A program made the translations under genes and the position numbers. The notes under the pieces are model-generated. The model saw only the letters and a program-made list of their open reading frames with translations, made no database searches and was not told the DNA's origin. A stretch of 64,000 nucleotides of DNA from Bugula neritina (Eukaryota; Animalia; Bryozoa): contig OZ037767.1 in assembly GCA_964035545.1 (NCBI GenBank), positions 16,923,781 through 16,987,780 of the forward strand. Reading direction: 5' to 3'. Below are positions 1-12,684 of the stretch, in pieces (position 1 is the stretch's first letter; every line of letters begins with the position of its first letter).

Positions 1-400
1 TCTCTGTTCTACCTCCATCTCTGTTCTACCTCCATCTCTGTTCTACCTCCATCTCTGTTCTACCTCCATCTCTGTTCTACCTCCATCTCTGTTCTACCTC
101 CATCTCTGTTCTACCTCCATCTCTGTTCGACCTCCATCTCTGTTCTACCTCCATCTCTGTTCTACCTCCATGTCTGTTCTACCACCATCTCTGTTCTACC
201 TCCATCTCTGTTCTACCTCCATCTCTGTTCTACCTCCATCTCTGTTCTACCTCCATCTCTGTTCTACCTCCATCTCTGTTCTACCTCTATCTCTGTTCTA
301 CCTCCATCTCTGTTCTACCTCCATCTCTGTTCTACCTCCACCTCTGTTCTACCTCCATCTCTGTTCTACCTCCATCTCTGTTCTACCTCCACCTCTGTTC
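1..400. repeat. 17-bp minisatellite (CTCCATCTCTGTTCTAC)n filling intron 2 of gene copy 1
   Basis: Directly visible tandem array running into the acceptor CTCTGTTCTTACAG at 406; same array at 58223-58625. Confidence 0.97.
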
Positions 401-406
401 TTACAG

Positions 407-3400
407 TGAGACCTCCATCTTCCTCCGAGTCAGACCTGGATCTGAGGTGACTCTAGTCATCCCCCGGAGGAAGAAACCGCGCAGGCCCCAGCGGACTCCA
501 TTCACTATCAGCCCTGTTCGCCGGGCTGCGCGAGAGAGGTGAGTAAAAGTTGTAGTGGCAAGCGGTTTTAGAGTTATATAACACAATGCAGGGGTCATTA
601 ATCTTGTATCTTGTATATAGATTACATTTTGTGTCTTGTTTGTAGCTCACATTTTGTATCCTGCGTGTAGGTCACATGTTGTATCCTGTATATAGGTCAT
701 ATTTTGTATTCTGTATGTAGGTCACATCTGCTCACCGATGTGGGCGTCGAGGCAGGCGTTGAGGTCTCCTGTCAGGCGACTCAGTGCATCCAGCGCTCTG
801 CCTCTGTAGACATCAACTCCCAGAAGAGGTAAGAAAGTCGTGCTGTTAGTATACTGAGATACCTGATAGTATACTGAGTTACCTGATAGTATACTGAGAT
901 ACCTGTTAGTATACTGAGATACCTGTTAGTATACTGAGATACCTGTTAGTATACTGAGATACCTGTTAGTATACTGAGATACCTGATAGTATACTGAGAT
1001 ACCTGATAGTATACTGAGTTACCTGTTAGTATACTGATAGTATACTGAGATACCTGATAGTATACTGTTAGTATACATGTTTACAGTTCAGAACCCGGCT
1101 GTGTGGACAGATCTGTCCAGTGCGCCACAACCAGCCAGGCTCCAGCCTCCCAGCACAGTCGGGCAAGATCTCGTCTGGAGAGAAAGACGTCCACTGCTGG
1201 CACCACACTGAGCAGCAGAAAGCCGAGCGGCAGCGGCGTTGCTGTACCACATGAAAGGGCGACATGTGCTCCTCAGGTGGTGTTAAGTCAGCAGCCTGTT
1301 CTAGCCACCTGTGCTCAAGGGAATGTGTTTGCTATGCAAATGGCATACCACCTTGGGCACCTGACAGGCCTGCTGACTACAGCACTGTAAGTACCCTCTC
1401 TTTAACACTTGTTGACACCTACCAGTGAGCTTACTTCCCTAAGTAATTTACTTTTGTGTCTTATTGAGTGTAAATCACACACTGCAGTATTGAGTTAACC
1501 CAGCAGACCCCGTAGTGTATTGGTTAACCCTCCCGCTTGCAAGCCAGATGCCTCAAGTTTCACTCCCGGTGGCGGCAAAATTTTATAAGTTTATAATTTG
1601 TGACTTGCAGCAACACTAAGGAGTCAGAAAAGAGAAAGGTAGATGCCAGCACTTTAGTCTCAACACGCTATCCTTCTCTGAAACTACCCAACACCAGATC
1701 CGCTTTCACTATCAGCCCTCTCCGCAACTCTGAATCGAGAAGGTACGAAAGTAATGGAAATCATGTCAGTGAATACTATTGCATGAGGACTGATAACACC
1801 TACCTGTTGGTTATGGTTACACATCTTGTACCTATCATCACGTTGTGGTGTTCTGTTTCACGTGTGTTCTCTATTACAGGCCTAATATTGGGTCGCGTCT
1901 CTTCAGAAGGCAGGCTGATATAAGTATAGCCGGGCAGCTCACCCTGAGCTCTGGTGTTCCAAGAGAGACAACTCTGTGCTCAACCATCGGTCACTCTGAT
2001 TGGTCCAGTGAGACCCTCTGGAAGACATCTGTTCGCAGTGCCCAGAGGTAAGGAGGGTTCCTTTATTATAATTGGAATATTGGTATATAATTATATTATC
2101 ATAATAATTTCATATAATGTTATTAGTGTAATATATTATTATATAACAATACCATCAGTATAATATATTATTGTAATATTATATAACATTACCATCAGTA
2201 TAACATATTGTTATAATATTATATAACATTACCATTAGTATAATATATAGTGGAATGTTATATATTACTATTAATATTAAACATCGTATCTCATTGTCTC
2301 TCCAGGACCTACGTGATTCAAAATCACTTTATCCAATCAGAGAGCATGACCGGGACTGAGCTGGATACAGAGGAAGTTTTCCGGGAAAAGAGGTAAGAAA
2401 ATGTAAAAAATGAATTCATAGCTGTAAAATATTCTACTGGCCCTACTGTGACATACTGTACATAGTATTACTACTCTGTGATATACTGTATATAGTATTA
2501 CTACTCTGTGATATACTGTATATAGTATTACTACTCTGTGATATACTGTACATAGTATTACTACTCTGTGATATACTGTATATAGTATAACTACTCTGTG
2601 ATATACTGTATATAGTATTACTACTCTGTGATATACTGTATATAGTATTACTACTCTGTGATATACTGTATATAGTATTACTACTCTGTGATATACTGTA
2701 CATAGTATTACTACTCTGTGATATACTGTATATAGTATTACTACTCTGTGATATACTGTATATAGTATTACTACTCTGTGATATACTGTACATAGTATTA
2801 CTACTCTGTGATATACTGTATATAGTATAACTACTCTGTGATATACTGTATATAGTATTACTACTCTGTGATATACTGTATATAGTATTACTACTCTGTG
2901 ATATACTGTATATAGTATTACTACTCTGTGATATACTGTACATAGTATTACTACTCTGTGATATACTGTATATAGTATTACTACTCTGTGATATACTGTA
3001 TATAGTATTACTACTCTGTGATATACTGTATATAGTATTACTACTCTGTGATATACTGTGATATAGTATTACTACACTGTGATATACTGTATATAGTATT
3101 ACTACTCTGTGATATACTGTATATAGTATTACTACTCTGTGATATACTGTACATAGTATTACTACTCTGTGATATACTGTACATAGTATTACTACTCTGT
3201 GATATACTGTACATAGTATTACTACTCTGTGATATACTGTATATAGTATTACTACTCTGTGATATACTGTATATAGTATTACTACTCTGTGATATACTGT
3301 ATATAATATTACTACTTTGTGATATACTGTATATAGTATTACTACTCTGTGATATACTGTACATAGTATTACTACTCTGTGATATACTGTATATAGTATT

Positions 3401-6400
3401 ACTACTCTGTGATATACTGTACATAGTATTACTACTCTGTGATATACTGTATATAGTATTACTACTCTGTGATATACTGTATATAGTATTACTACTCTGT
3501 GATATACTGTACATAGTATTACTACTCTGTGATATACTGTACATAGTATTACTACTCTGTGATATACTGTATATAGTATTACTACTCTGTGATATACTGT
3601 ATATAGTATTACTACTCTGTGATATACTGTATATAGTATTACTACTCTGTAATATACTGTATATAGTATTACTACACTGTGATATACTGTATATAGTATT
3701 ACTACTCTGTAATATACTGTACATAGTATTACTACTCTGTGATATACTGTATATGATATTACTACTCTGTGATATACTGTACATAGTATTACTACTCTGT
3801 GATATACTGTACATAGTATTACTACTCTGTGATATACTGTATATAGTATTACTACTCTGTGATATACTGTATATAGTATTACTACTCTGTGATATACTGT
3901 ATATAGTATTACTACTCTGTGATATACTGTATATAGTATTACTACTCTGTGATATACTGTACATAGTATTACTACTCTGTGATATACTGTATATAGTATT
4001 ACTACTCTGTGATATACTGTATATAGTATTACTACTCTGTGATATACTGTATATAGTATTACTACTCTGTGATATACTGTATATAGTATTACTACTCTGT
4101 GATATACTGTACATAGTATTACTACTCTGTGATATACTGTACATAGTATTACTACTCTGTGATATACTGTATATAGTATTACTACTCTCTGATATACTGT
4201 ACATAGTATTACTACTCTGTGATATACTGTACATAGTATTACTACTCTGTGATATACTGTATATAGTATTACTACTCTCTGATATACTGTACATAGTATT
4301 ACTACTCTGTGATATACTGTACATAGTATTACTACTCTGTGATATACTGTATATAGTATTACTACTCTGTGATATACTGTATATAGTATTACTACTCTGT
4401 GATATACTGTATATAGTATTACTACTCTGTGATATACTGTATATAGTATTACTACTCTGTGATATACTGTATATAGTATTACTACTCTCTGATATACTGT
4501 ATATAGTATTACTACTCTGTGATATACTGTATATAGTATTACTACTCTGTGATATACTGTACATAGTATTACTACTCTGTGATATACTGTATATAGTATT
4601 ACTACTCTGTGATATACTGTACATAGTATTACTACTCTGTGATATACTGTATATAGTATTACTACTCTGTGATATACTGTATATAGTATTACTACTCTGT
4701 GATATACTGTACATAGTATTACTACTCTGTGATATACTGTATATAGTATTACTACTCTGTGATATACTGTACATAGTATTACTACTCTGTGATATACTGT
4801 ATATAGTATTACTACTCTGTGATATACTGTACATAGTATTACTACTCTGTGATATACTGTACATAGTATTACTACTCTGTGATATACTGTATATAGTATT
4901 ACTACTATGTGATATACTGTACATAGTATTACTACTCTGTGATATACTGTACATAGTATTACTACTCTGTGATATACTGTATATAGTATTACTACTCTGT
5001 GATATACTGTATATAGTATTACTACTCTGTGATATACTGTATATAGTATTACTACTCTGTGATATACTGTATATAGTATTACTACTCTGTGATATACTGT
5101 ATATAGTATTACTACTCTGTGATATACTGTATATAGTATTACTACTCTGTGATATACTGTATATAGTAGTACTACTCTGTGATATACTGTACATAGTATT
5201 ACTACTCTGTGATATACTGTATATAGTATTACTACTCTGTGATATACTGTATATAGTATTACTACTCTGTGATATACTGTACATAGTATTACTACTCTGT
5301 GATATACTGTACATAGTATTACTACTCTGTGATATACTGTATATAGTATTACTACTCTGTGATATACTGTATATAGTATTACTACTCTGTGATATACTGT
5401 ATATAGTATTACTACTCTGTGATATACTGTATATAGTAGTACTACTCTGTGATATACTGTACATAGTATTACTACTCTGTGATATACTGTATATAGTATT
5501 ACTACTCTGTGATATACTGTATATAGTATTACTACTCTGTGATATACTGTACATAGTATTACTACTCTGTGATATACTGTACATAGTATTACTACTCTGT
5601 GATATACTGTACATAGTATTACTACTCTGTGATATACTGTATGTAGTATTACTACTCTGTGATATACTGTACATAGTATTACTACTCTGTGATATACTGT
5701 ATATAGTATTACTACTCTGTGATATACTGTACATAGTATTACTACTCTGTGATATACTGTATATAGTATTACTACTCTGTGATATACTGTACATAGTATT
5801 ACTACTCTGTGATATACTGTATATAGTATTACTACTCTGTGATATACTGTATATAGTATTACTACTCTGTGATATACTGTATATAGTATTACTACTCTGT
5901 GATATACTGTATATAGTATTACTACTCTGTGATATAGTATTACTACTCTGTGATATACTGTATATAGTATTACTACTCTGTGATATACTGTATATAGTAT
6001 TACTACTCTGTGATATACTGTACATAGTATTACTACTCTGTGATATACTGTATATAGTAATACTACTCTGTACATAGTATTACTACTCTGTGATATACTG
6101 TATATAGTATTACTACTCTGTGATATACTGTATATAGTATTACTACTCTGTGATATACTGTATATAGTATTACTACTCTGTGATATACTGTACATAGTAT
6201 TACTACTCTGTGATATACTGTATGTAGTATTACTACTCTGTGATATACTGTATATAGTATTACTACTCTCTGATATACTGTACATAGTATTACTACTCTG
6301 TGATATACTGTACATAGTATTACTACTCTGTGATATACTGTACATAGTATTACTACTCTGTGATATACTGTATGTAGTATTACTACTCTGTGATATACTG

Positions 6401-9400
6401 TACGTAGTATTACTACTCTGTGATATACTGTACGTAGTATTACTACTCTGTGATATACTGTACATAGTATTACTACTCTGTGATATACTGTACATAGTAT
6501 TACTACTCTGTGATATGCTGTACATAGTATTACTACTCTGTGATATACTGTACATAGTATTACTACTCTGTGATATACTGTACATAGTATTACTACTCTG
6601 TGATATACTGTATATAGTATTACTACTCTGTGATATACTGTACATAGTATTACTACTCTGTGATATACTGTATATAGTATTACTACTCTGTGATATACTG
6701 TACATAGTATTACTACTCTGTGATATACTGTACATAGTATTACTACTCTGTGATATACTGTACATAGTATTACTACTCTGTGATATACTGTATATAGTAT
6801 TACTACTCTGTGATATACTGTACATAGTATTACTACTCTGTGATATACTGTATATAGTATTACTACTCTGTGATATACTGTATATAGTATTACTACTCTG
6901 TGATATACTGTATATAGTATTACTACTATGTGATATACTGTATATAGTATTACTACTATGTGATATACTGTACATAGTATTACTACTCTGTGATATACTG
7001 TACATAGTATTACTACTCTGTGATATACTGTATATAGTATTACTACTCTGTGATATACTGTATATAGTATTACTACTCTGTGATATACTGTATATAGTAT
7101 TACTACTCTGTGATATACTGTATATAATATTACTACTCTGTGATATACTGTATATAGTATTACTACTCTGTGATATACTGTATATAGTATTACTACTCTG
7201 TGATATACTGTATATAATATTACTACTCTGTGATATACTGTACATAGTATTACTACTCTGTGATATACTGTACATAGTATTACTACTCTGTGATATACTG
7301 TACATAGTATTACTACTCTGTGATATACTGTATATAGTATTACTACTCTGTGATATACTGTACATAGTATTACTACTCTGTGATATACTGTATATAGTAT
7401 TACTACTCTGTGATATACTGTATATAGTATTACTACTCTGTGATATAGTATTACTACTCTGTTAACAGCCTGGTCGCCAGCTCCAGCTCGACTATAGTGT
7501 CCAGCTCAGAAGGGTCAGATCGAAGGTCAGCTACCTACGTAGTCTCTAGACGGAGCAGCGGGTCAGAGGTCAGCTTGACTAACACAGTTAGTGACCTGAG
7601 GTCACTGACAGAACTCGAGGAAGAGAGGTAAGAATTTACCACCAGCAAGTGTAGCTGCAGGTTGGATATATATTGTGAATACTGTGCTACTGTGGGCTCT
7701 CATGTAGAATGATTGTCAGTAAAGAGACGTTACTTTCCTCACACAATTAGTATATATGAGGTGGGTGCAGTAATGGAGAAATTGAGAAAAGCTGGTGTTC
7801 TAAATTAGAAATGTAGCCTAAGGAATTGTGTTCTCACGAGAATTTCAACCTTCGCCCCAAACATAAATTTTACAATAAATTTTAAGAAAATTAGACTATC
7901 TCAATTTCTCCACTACTGCTCCTACATGTAGTATATATAGTTTGTAATGCCCTGTTGTCACTTTGTTTATTAGCTTAGCTCTCAGTCTCTCCTCCAGCCC
8001 ACCTCGCAGCCTCTCTCTCAGCCCACCTCTCAGCCTCTCTGCTCCTATACCTGACACGACACTCAGCTCTAGTCTCTCTCCAGCTTCAAGCTCGACTGTA
8101 AGGGTTGTCTCGGGTTCCGCTCGCAGCCTCGCTTTCGGTGTGGCTCGCGGATTTCAGCCAGAGACGCCATCAGCTTTGAGCTCAGCTGCGTCTCCTCCTG
8201 AAGACCAAAGTCCTCTCAATGAGTCAGTGACATATTTGGTCGATACAGCAACACACGACTCTACAGGTACACAGAGTGGTGCTCCCTCTGTACCCAACAC
8301 CTCCGCACTCAGAGCACCTCCACTGCTAGTCTTGAGCTCAGCTCTTGGGTCTGTGTCCAGCTCCTCAATGAGTTCAGATTGTAGTCTGGCTCAGGGAGTG
8401 ACTGCTGGCACGTTATCAGCCTTGAGCTTGGCTTACAGTTCTTCTATGAGCCTCGCTGATAGCCATGGAAGTCCACCTTCTGCTGCAACACCATCTGCCT
8501 TGAGCTTGGCTTGCAGTTCTGTCCATAGTCTCGCTGCCTCCCTTGGACACCCGCCATCTCCTGGCACACCATCTGCCTTGAGCTTGGCTTGCAGTTCTTC
8601 TATAAGCCTCACTGCCAGTCTAGGAGCTCCGCCATCTCCTGGCACTCCATCACTTTTAAGCTCGGCCGATAGCTCTGTTCTGAGCCTCGATGATAGCCAT
8701 GGAGATCCATTGGCTGCTGCAACACCAACTGTCCTGAGCTTGGCTTGTAGTTCTTCTATAAGCCTCGCCGCCAGTCTAGGAGCTCCGCCATCTCTTGGCA
8801 CTCCATCTGCCTTGAGCTTGGCATGCAGCTCTGTTCTGAGCCTTGATGATAGCCATGGATGCCCGCCATCTCCTGGTACTCCATCAATCCTTAGCTCAGC
8901 TTGCAGTTCTACTACAAGCCTCGCTGCCCCTCTAGGAGGTTCACCGTCAGCTTTAAGCTCGGCTTGTAGCTCTTCTATGAGTCTCACCTCCAGCCATGGA
9001 AGTCCTCCATCTGCTGCAACGCCATCAGTTCTGAGCTTGGCTTGCAGTTTGGTCACAAGCCTCGATGATAGTCATGGAGATCCAGCGTCTTTTGCAACAC
9101 CGTCTGCCCTGGGCTTGACTCCAAGGTCAGTTGACGAGACTGTCTCCGGCTCTTCTTCAACTTCAGCTGCCAGCCTGGGTTGTGAGTTAGAAGCCGAGAC
9201 ACCGTCTGTCTCTAGCTCGACAGCAGGAACTGAATCTTGCTACACATTGCAAGACACTCTCATCCCGACTGTTCGCCAAACACGCTCTCTCTTTTCGTGT
9301 GACACTTTCGACTGTGAGATGGATTCGTCGGCTGGGGAAATCAGTAATCATGTCTCCTCATCTCAAAAAAGTTTGCACAGGTTAGAAAGTAATATTTTTT

Positions 9401-12400
9401 TGTAAAATTTGTTGAGGCACTGCTAAAATAATTTTACAATTATTCCTCCTCCTATAAAAAGTGCTAGAAAACACATTTCATCAACTTTAGGGTTAAATTT
9501 GATGAAAAAAAGCTCTTCTGTCATCTAGTAGCAGCCACTTCTGTCATTTAGAAATAGCCACTTATGTGTTTAGCTACTTTCTCAGTCCCTCCATGTTATT
9601 CCTGCTACATACTTCTTATAATACATTGTACCTGACTTTACAGTGTGTCTGTGAGCGTTAGTGATAAGGCCATTCAGGCCGATCCAGTCCACCATGACGG
9701 TCCAGCCCATAAGGCCATCCAAGCTGACCCAGTTTGCCAGGCTGATTCAGCCCACAAGGCTATCCAAGCTGACCCGGTTTACCAGGCTGATCCAGCCCAC
9801 AAGGCCATCCTGGCCGATTCAGTCCACCAGGACAGTCCAGTCCACCAGGCTGATCCAGCCCACCAGGCCGGTTCAGCCCACGGTGATGTCAGACCTACTC
9901 AGAGCCACTCTACTCAGTGTGCGCACCATGCTAGTGACACGCTGTCTGCTGCTGTGCAAACTCTAGACAACAAAGTTACTGAGGAGAGGTAAGAAAACTC
10001 CATAGAAGTTTATTTGTTGTATTTTCACTTCTTCCTCCATTAATATTCATATTCCGTATTGTACATTATCTCTTCACTTCTTTCAACTTCACTTCTTTAC
10101 ACATGCATTTAGTTCAGCATTTTGACAGCGTATGCAGTGTACTACCATCATATCTCTATGCCGTTCTTCAGCCTCTTTTCTGTTTATGTTCAGCTCACCT
10201 CCAGCTGGTCCTCCGATACCAGAAGACAAAGCCAGTCCTGCTGGTCTAGACGGTAAGGTGGAGTCTCCAGTGGCTGTGCCAGGCTGCAGCAGAGAGAGGT
10301 GAGTAGCTCGTTGTGTACGGCGTAACTCAGTCTGATGTACTTCAGCTCTACAGAGCTTAGTTGTCCGTGTGGAGCCACGTTTAATATATATACTCTTGTC
10401 ATCTATAGATCTACCACTAGCCTCGCTGTCAGCCACTTCCTGTATGGTGACGGTCCGAACTCGAACCGCAGTTCTCACCTTGATTCTGTTTCCACTTCCT
10501 CTCTGGAGTCTGTCCACAGCTCGGCTCTCGGCTATACAACCACGACCAGTGTAGATGATGATTCACCTCAGCCAGATGTCCGGGGATGGACTCTCAGTCC
10601 AGTACACAGTTTCACCTTCTCTGGGAGTTCCAACTCTGAGAGTAATCATGAGACTTTCGTCAAAGAACACTGCGAGCCAAGGTTAGAACCTCACCATATG
10701 CTGTTTCCTGCCTGTATCACTTGTCAGCGTAGAGAAAGCTGCTAACAGAAAGTGTAGATAGCATAGCTTGATTCATTATTTCTCATTTTAGTACATCCAG
10801 ACCACAACCACGCTGGAGAACCCTAATGTCTGGGATGGCTGTTCCTGTTAGCAGACTCATTAGGAGGCCCGTCACCATTCCTCCCACCGTCAGGTATGTC
10901 TACCACCAAGTTATGTAACATTGTCTGGTACGTAATTTTTCTCTACAGTTGTAGTATAATTATGTCTACCACCAAGTTATGAACTCCCTTCAATGTTGAA
11001 GTGAGTTGAGTTGTAGTTGTTGTAGTTGAACTTGTTGTTATATTCTCCAGACCGGCTGCCCACGCTGTGTATGTTGGTGGAGCACCTCCAGCAGTGCAGT
11101 GTGTTACCGCTTTTCTGCCCACTCCACGGCTCTATGGAGCACAAGCCATGGGAGCTAGCTCAAGCAGAGGGTTGAATGGAGCGAGGTAGGACTAATACAT
11201 GTACAGTTTTGGTGGGAACACGTATTTCATAATAAAATAAGTCTACTGGTGTATTTGAAATGTGCTGTGTAGTAAATTATTTACGTTATAAACATAATCT
11301 GATTATATGTATATTATTATAATACAAACATGATCCAATTATATTCGGTCTTTTACAGCACTGTAACCCGATGCCTTTGCCGAAAGGAAGTTCCGGCAAG
11401 CTCGATGCTGAAGCGGTATAGCTCAGAGCATGTGTTTGACCTTGGCCCTTCTACTAAGAGATCGTCTGACACCTATTCCAGATCTAGTAGAAAAGGGTGA
11501 GCACATTTTCTCAACGGTGTTTACGTTTAGGATTCAGAGCTGTGAATTATAATACTTATGCTCTCCCAATATATACATCTCTAAATATAGTTGTAATCCA
11601 TCATACTGAAGTTGAGTGTAAACTTGTTCATTCTACTATGCTCATGATATATTAGTTTGAGCTGTCTACAACTACATGTCTATATTTTTAGCGCCAATCT
11701 TCTATGTTCATGTCACGGGGAGCACACCGACTGTGAAGAAAGGTAAGAATCTTAGAGTTTGCTTTCTAATGAGGGATATGTGTTGCAATGGTTGTATTTC
11801 ATTTCTACTACTGAACCTGTTATTTGTAAAGTTTTCAAGCTGTTTGTCAGCATGCATTGGAGTTATTTCCTGTTGAGGTACAGTATTGCTGTGAAATCTG
11901 AACATCAATAGAGTTTTAATACTTTAGTTTAATGCCTTTTAGTACAATCTCTGAGAGTGAGTCACTGCAAGCCTGTGCTGGAAAGGGTAAGCAGCCGGCT
12001 AAGAAACCGCTTAAAAAGGGACCTCTTAAACAAGGTTCTCTCACAAAAGGACCTCCTAAGAAGGGACTTCTCACAAAAGGACCTCCTAAGAAGGGACCTC
12101 TCAAAAACGGACCTCTTAAGAAAGGACCTCTTACAAAAGGACCTCTCCCAAAAGGACCTCCTAAGAAAGGACCTCTTAATAAAAGACCTCTTAATAAAGG
12201 ACCTCTTACAAAAGGACCTCCTAAAAAGACACAGCTTAGAAAGTCATTAACCAATGGCAGAGCACCAGCTTCCAACCGCCAAGCTGGAGGTGTTGGAAAT
12301 CGTCTGGGGCCTCCAAAAAGAGGAGCTTTTGGCAAAGCACCAAAATTAGGGGCAAAGACTCCTGTAGCTCCTAAAAGAAATGCACCTAGTTTCGGGAGCA

Positions 12401-12684
12401 AGCTGGGCTCACGTGCTGCAGCGTCTAAAAAGAAGCAGTCATGTCCTGATGTGTTCACCAGGCTGTCAAGTACACCTCTGCGCGGCGCACCCAGGCGGCT
12501 GAACAGCACTCCAGCTGTCAAGCCACCAGTCAAGTCAAAAACGTCTCGGCCAGCAACCTTGCTTAGTCAGCAGTCCTCTTCTGCCCCACAGCGCAAGATG
12601 AGGCAGTTGAATGCCTCGAAAGCATCGGCTGATGATCCAAAGAAGCGTTGTCTAGTGCTGAAACAGCGCATCCGCAAATCATAG
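407..12684 (+). CDS. Multi-exon gene, copy 1 (exons 3-18; 5' end outside window): large disordered Ser/Pro-rich protein with internal repeats and Lys/Pro-rich C-terminus, function unknown
   Basis: GT-AG exons that splice into one open frame: 407-538, 721-828, 1087-1386, 1611-1742, 1880-2047, 2306-2392, 7469-7627, 7974-9380, 9644-9988, 10194-10298, 10409-10681, 10792-10893, 11051-11185, 11359-11496, 11692-11742, 11943-12684 (TAG). Each internal exon length is a multiple of 3, all are phase 2-2 and stop-free, and they match ORF-track frames 1103, 1600, 1845, 7963, 9645, 10335 and 11932. Confidence 0.82.
602..727. repeat. Degenerate ~23-bp tandem repeat (TGTATCCTGTATATAGGTCACAT) in intron 3, overlapping the acceptor
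   Basis: About five degenerate units; the last contains the real acceptor TGTAG|GTCACAT. A longer array of the same unit lies at ~47520-47766. Confidence 0.75.
844..1075. repeat. 20-bp minisatellite (TAGTATACTGAGATACCTGA)n in intron 4
   Basis: Visible tandem array; paralogous array at ~59066-59320 has one more unit. Confidence 0.95.
1503..1577 (+). mobile_element. tRNA-derived SINE head or tRNA pseudogene in intron 5
   Basis: Pol III A-box-like (TAGTGTATTGG; TGGTGTAATGG in copy 2) and B-box-like (GGTTCCACTCC in copy 2) motifs at tRNA spacing. The acceptor stem is poorly paired, so it is not a functional tRNA. Confidence 0.55.
2443..7461. repeat. 30-bp minisatellite (TACTCTGTGATATACTGTAYATAGTATTAC)n, ~5.0 kb, filling intron 8
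   Basis: Near-perfect array of about 167 units between donor 2393 and acceptor 7468. Confidence 0.98.
7767..7919. mobile_element. Small MITE-like inverted-repeat element in intron 9
   Basis: GCAGTAATGGAGAAATTGAGA (7767-7787) is the reverse complement of TCTCAATTTCTCCACTACTGC (7899-7919) with 1 mismatch; TSD not resolved. Confidence 0.5.

Noticed and set aside
170-409. ORFs in the 17-bp repeat (also 58198-58767)
   Set aside because: Repeat translations; only the exon part from 407 or 58632 is credible.
2443-7461. CRISPR-like array
   Set aside because: Contiguous repeats with no unique spacers, no cas genes, eukaryotic context.
2443-7465. Giant ORFs (1640, 994, 1009 and 316 aa; also 60544-63880)
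   Set aside because: Artefacts of a stop-free 30-bp unit, open in several frames on both strands and lying inside a GT-AG intron.
8433-9056. 207-aa antisense repeat ORF
   Set aside because: Mirror of the 78-bp coding repeat; the + strand frame is longer and bounded by in-phase splice sites.
11916-12533. 205-aa antisense RGPF-repeat ORF, superficially like an RFamide-type precursor
   Set aside because: Antisense shadow of the KGPL repeat; no signal peptide or dibasic cleavage pattern.
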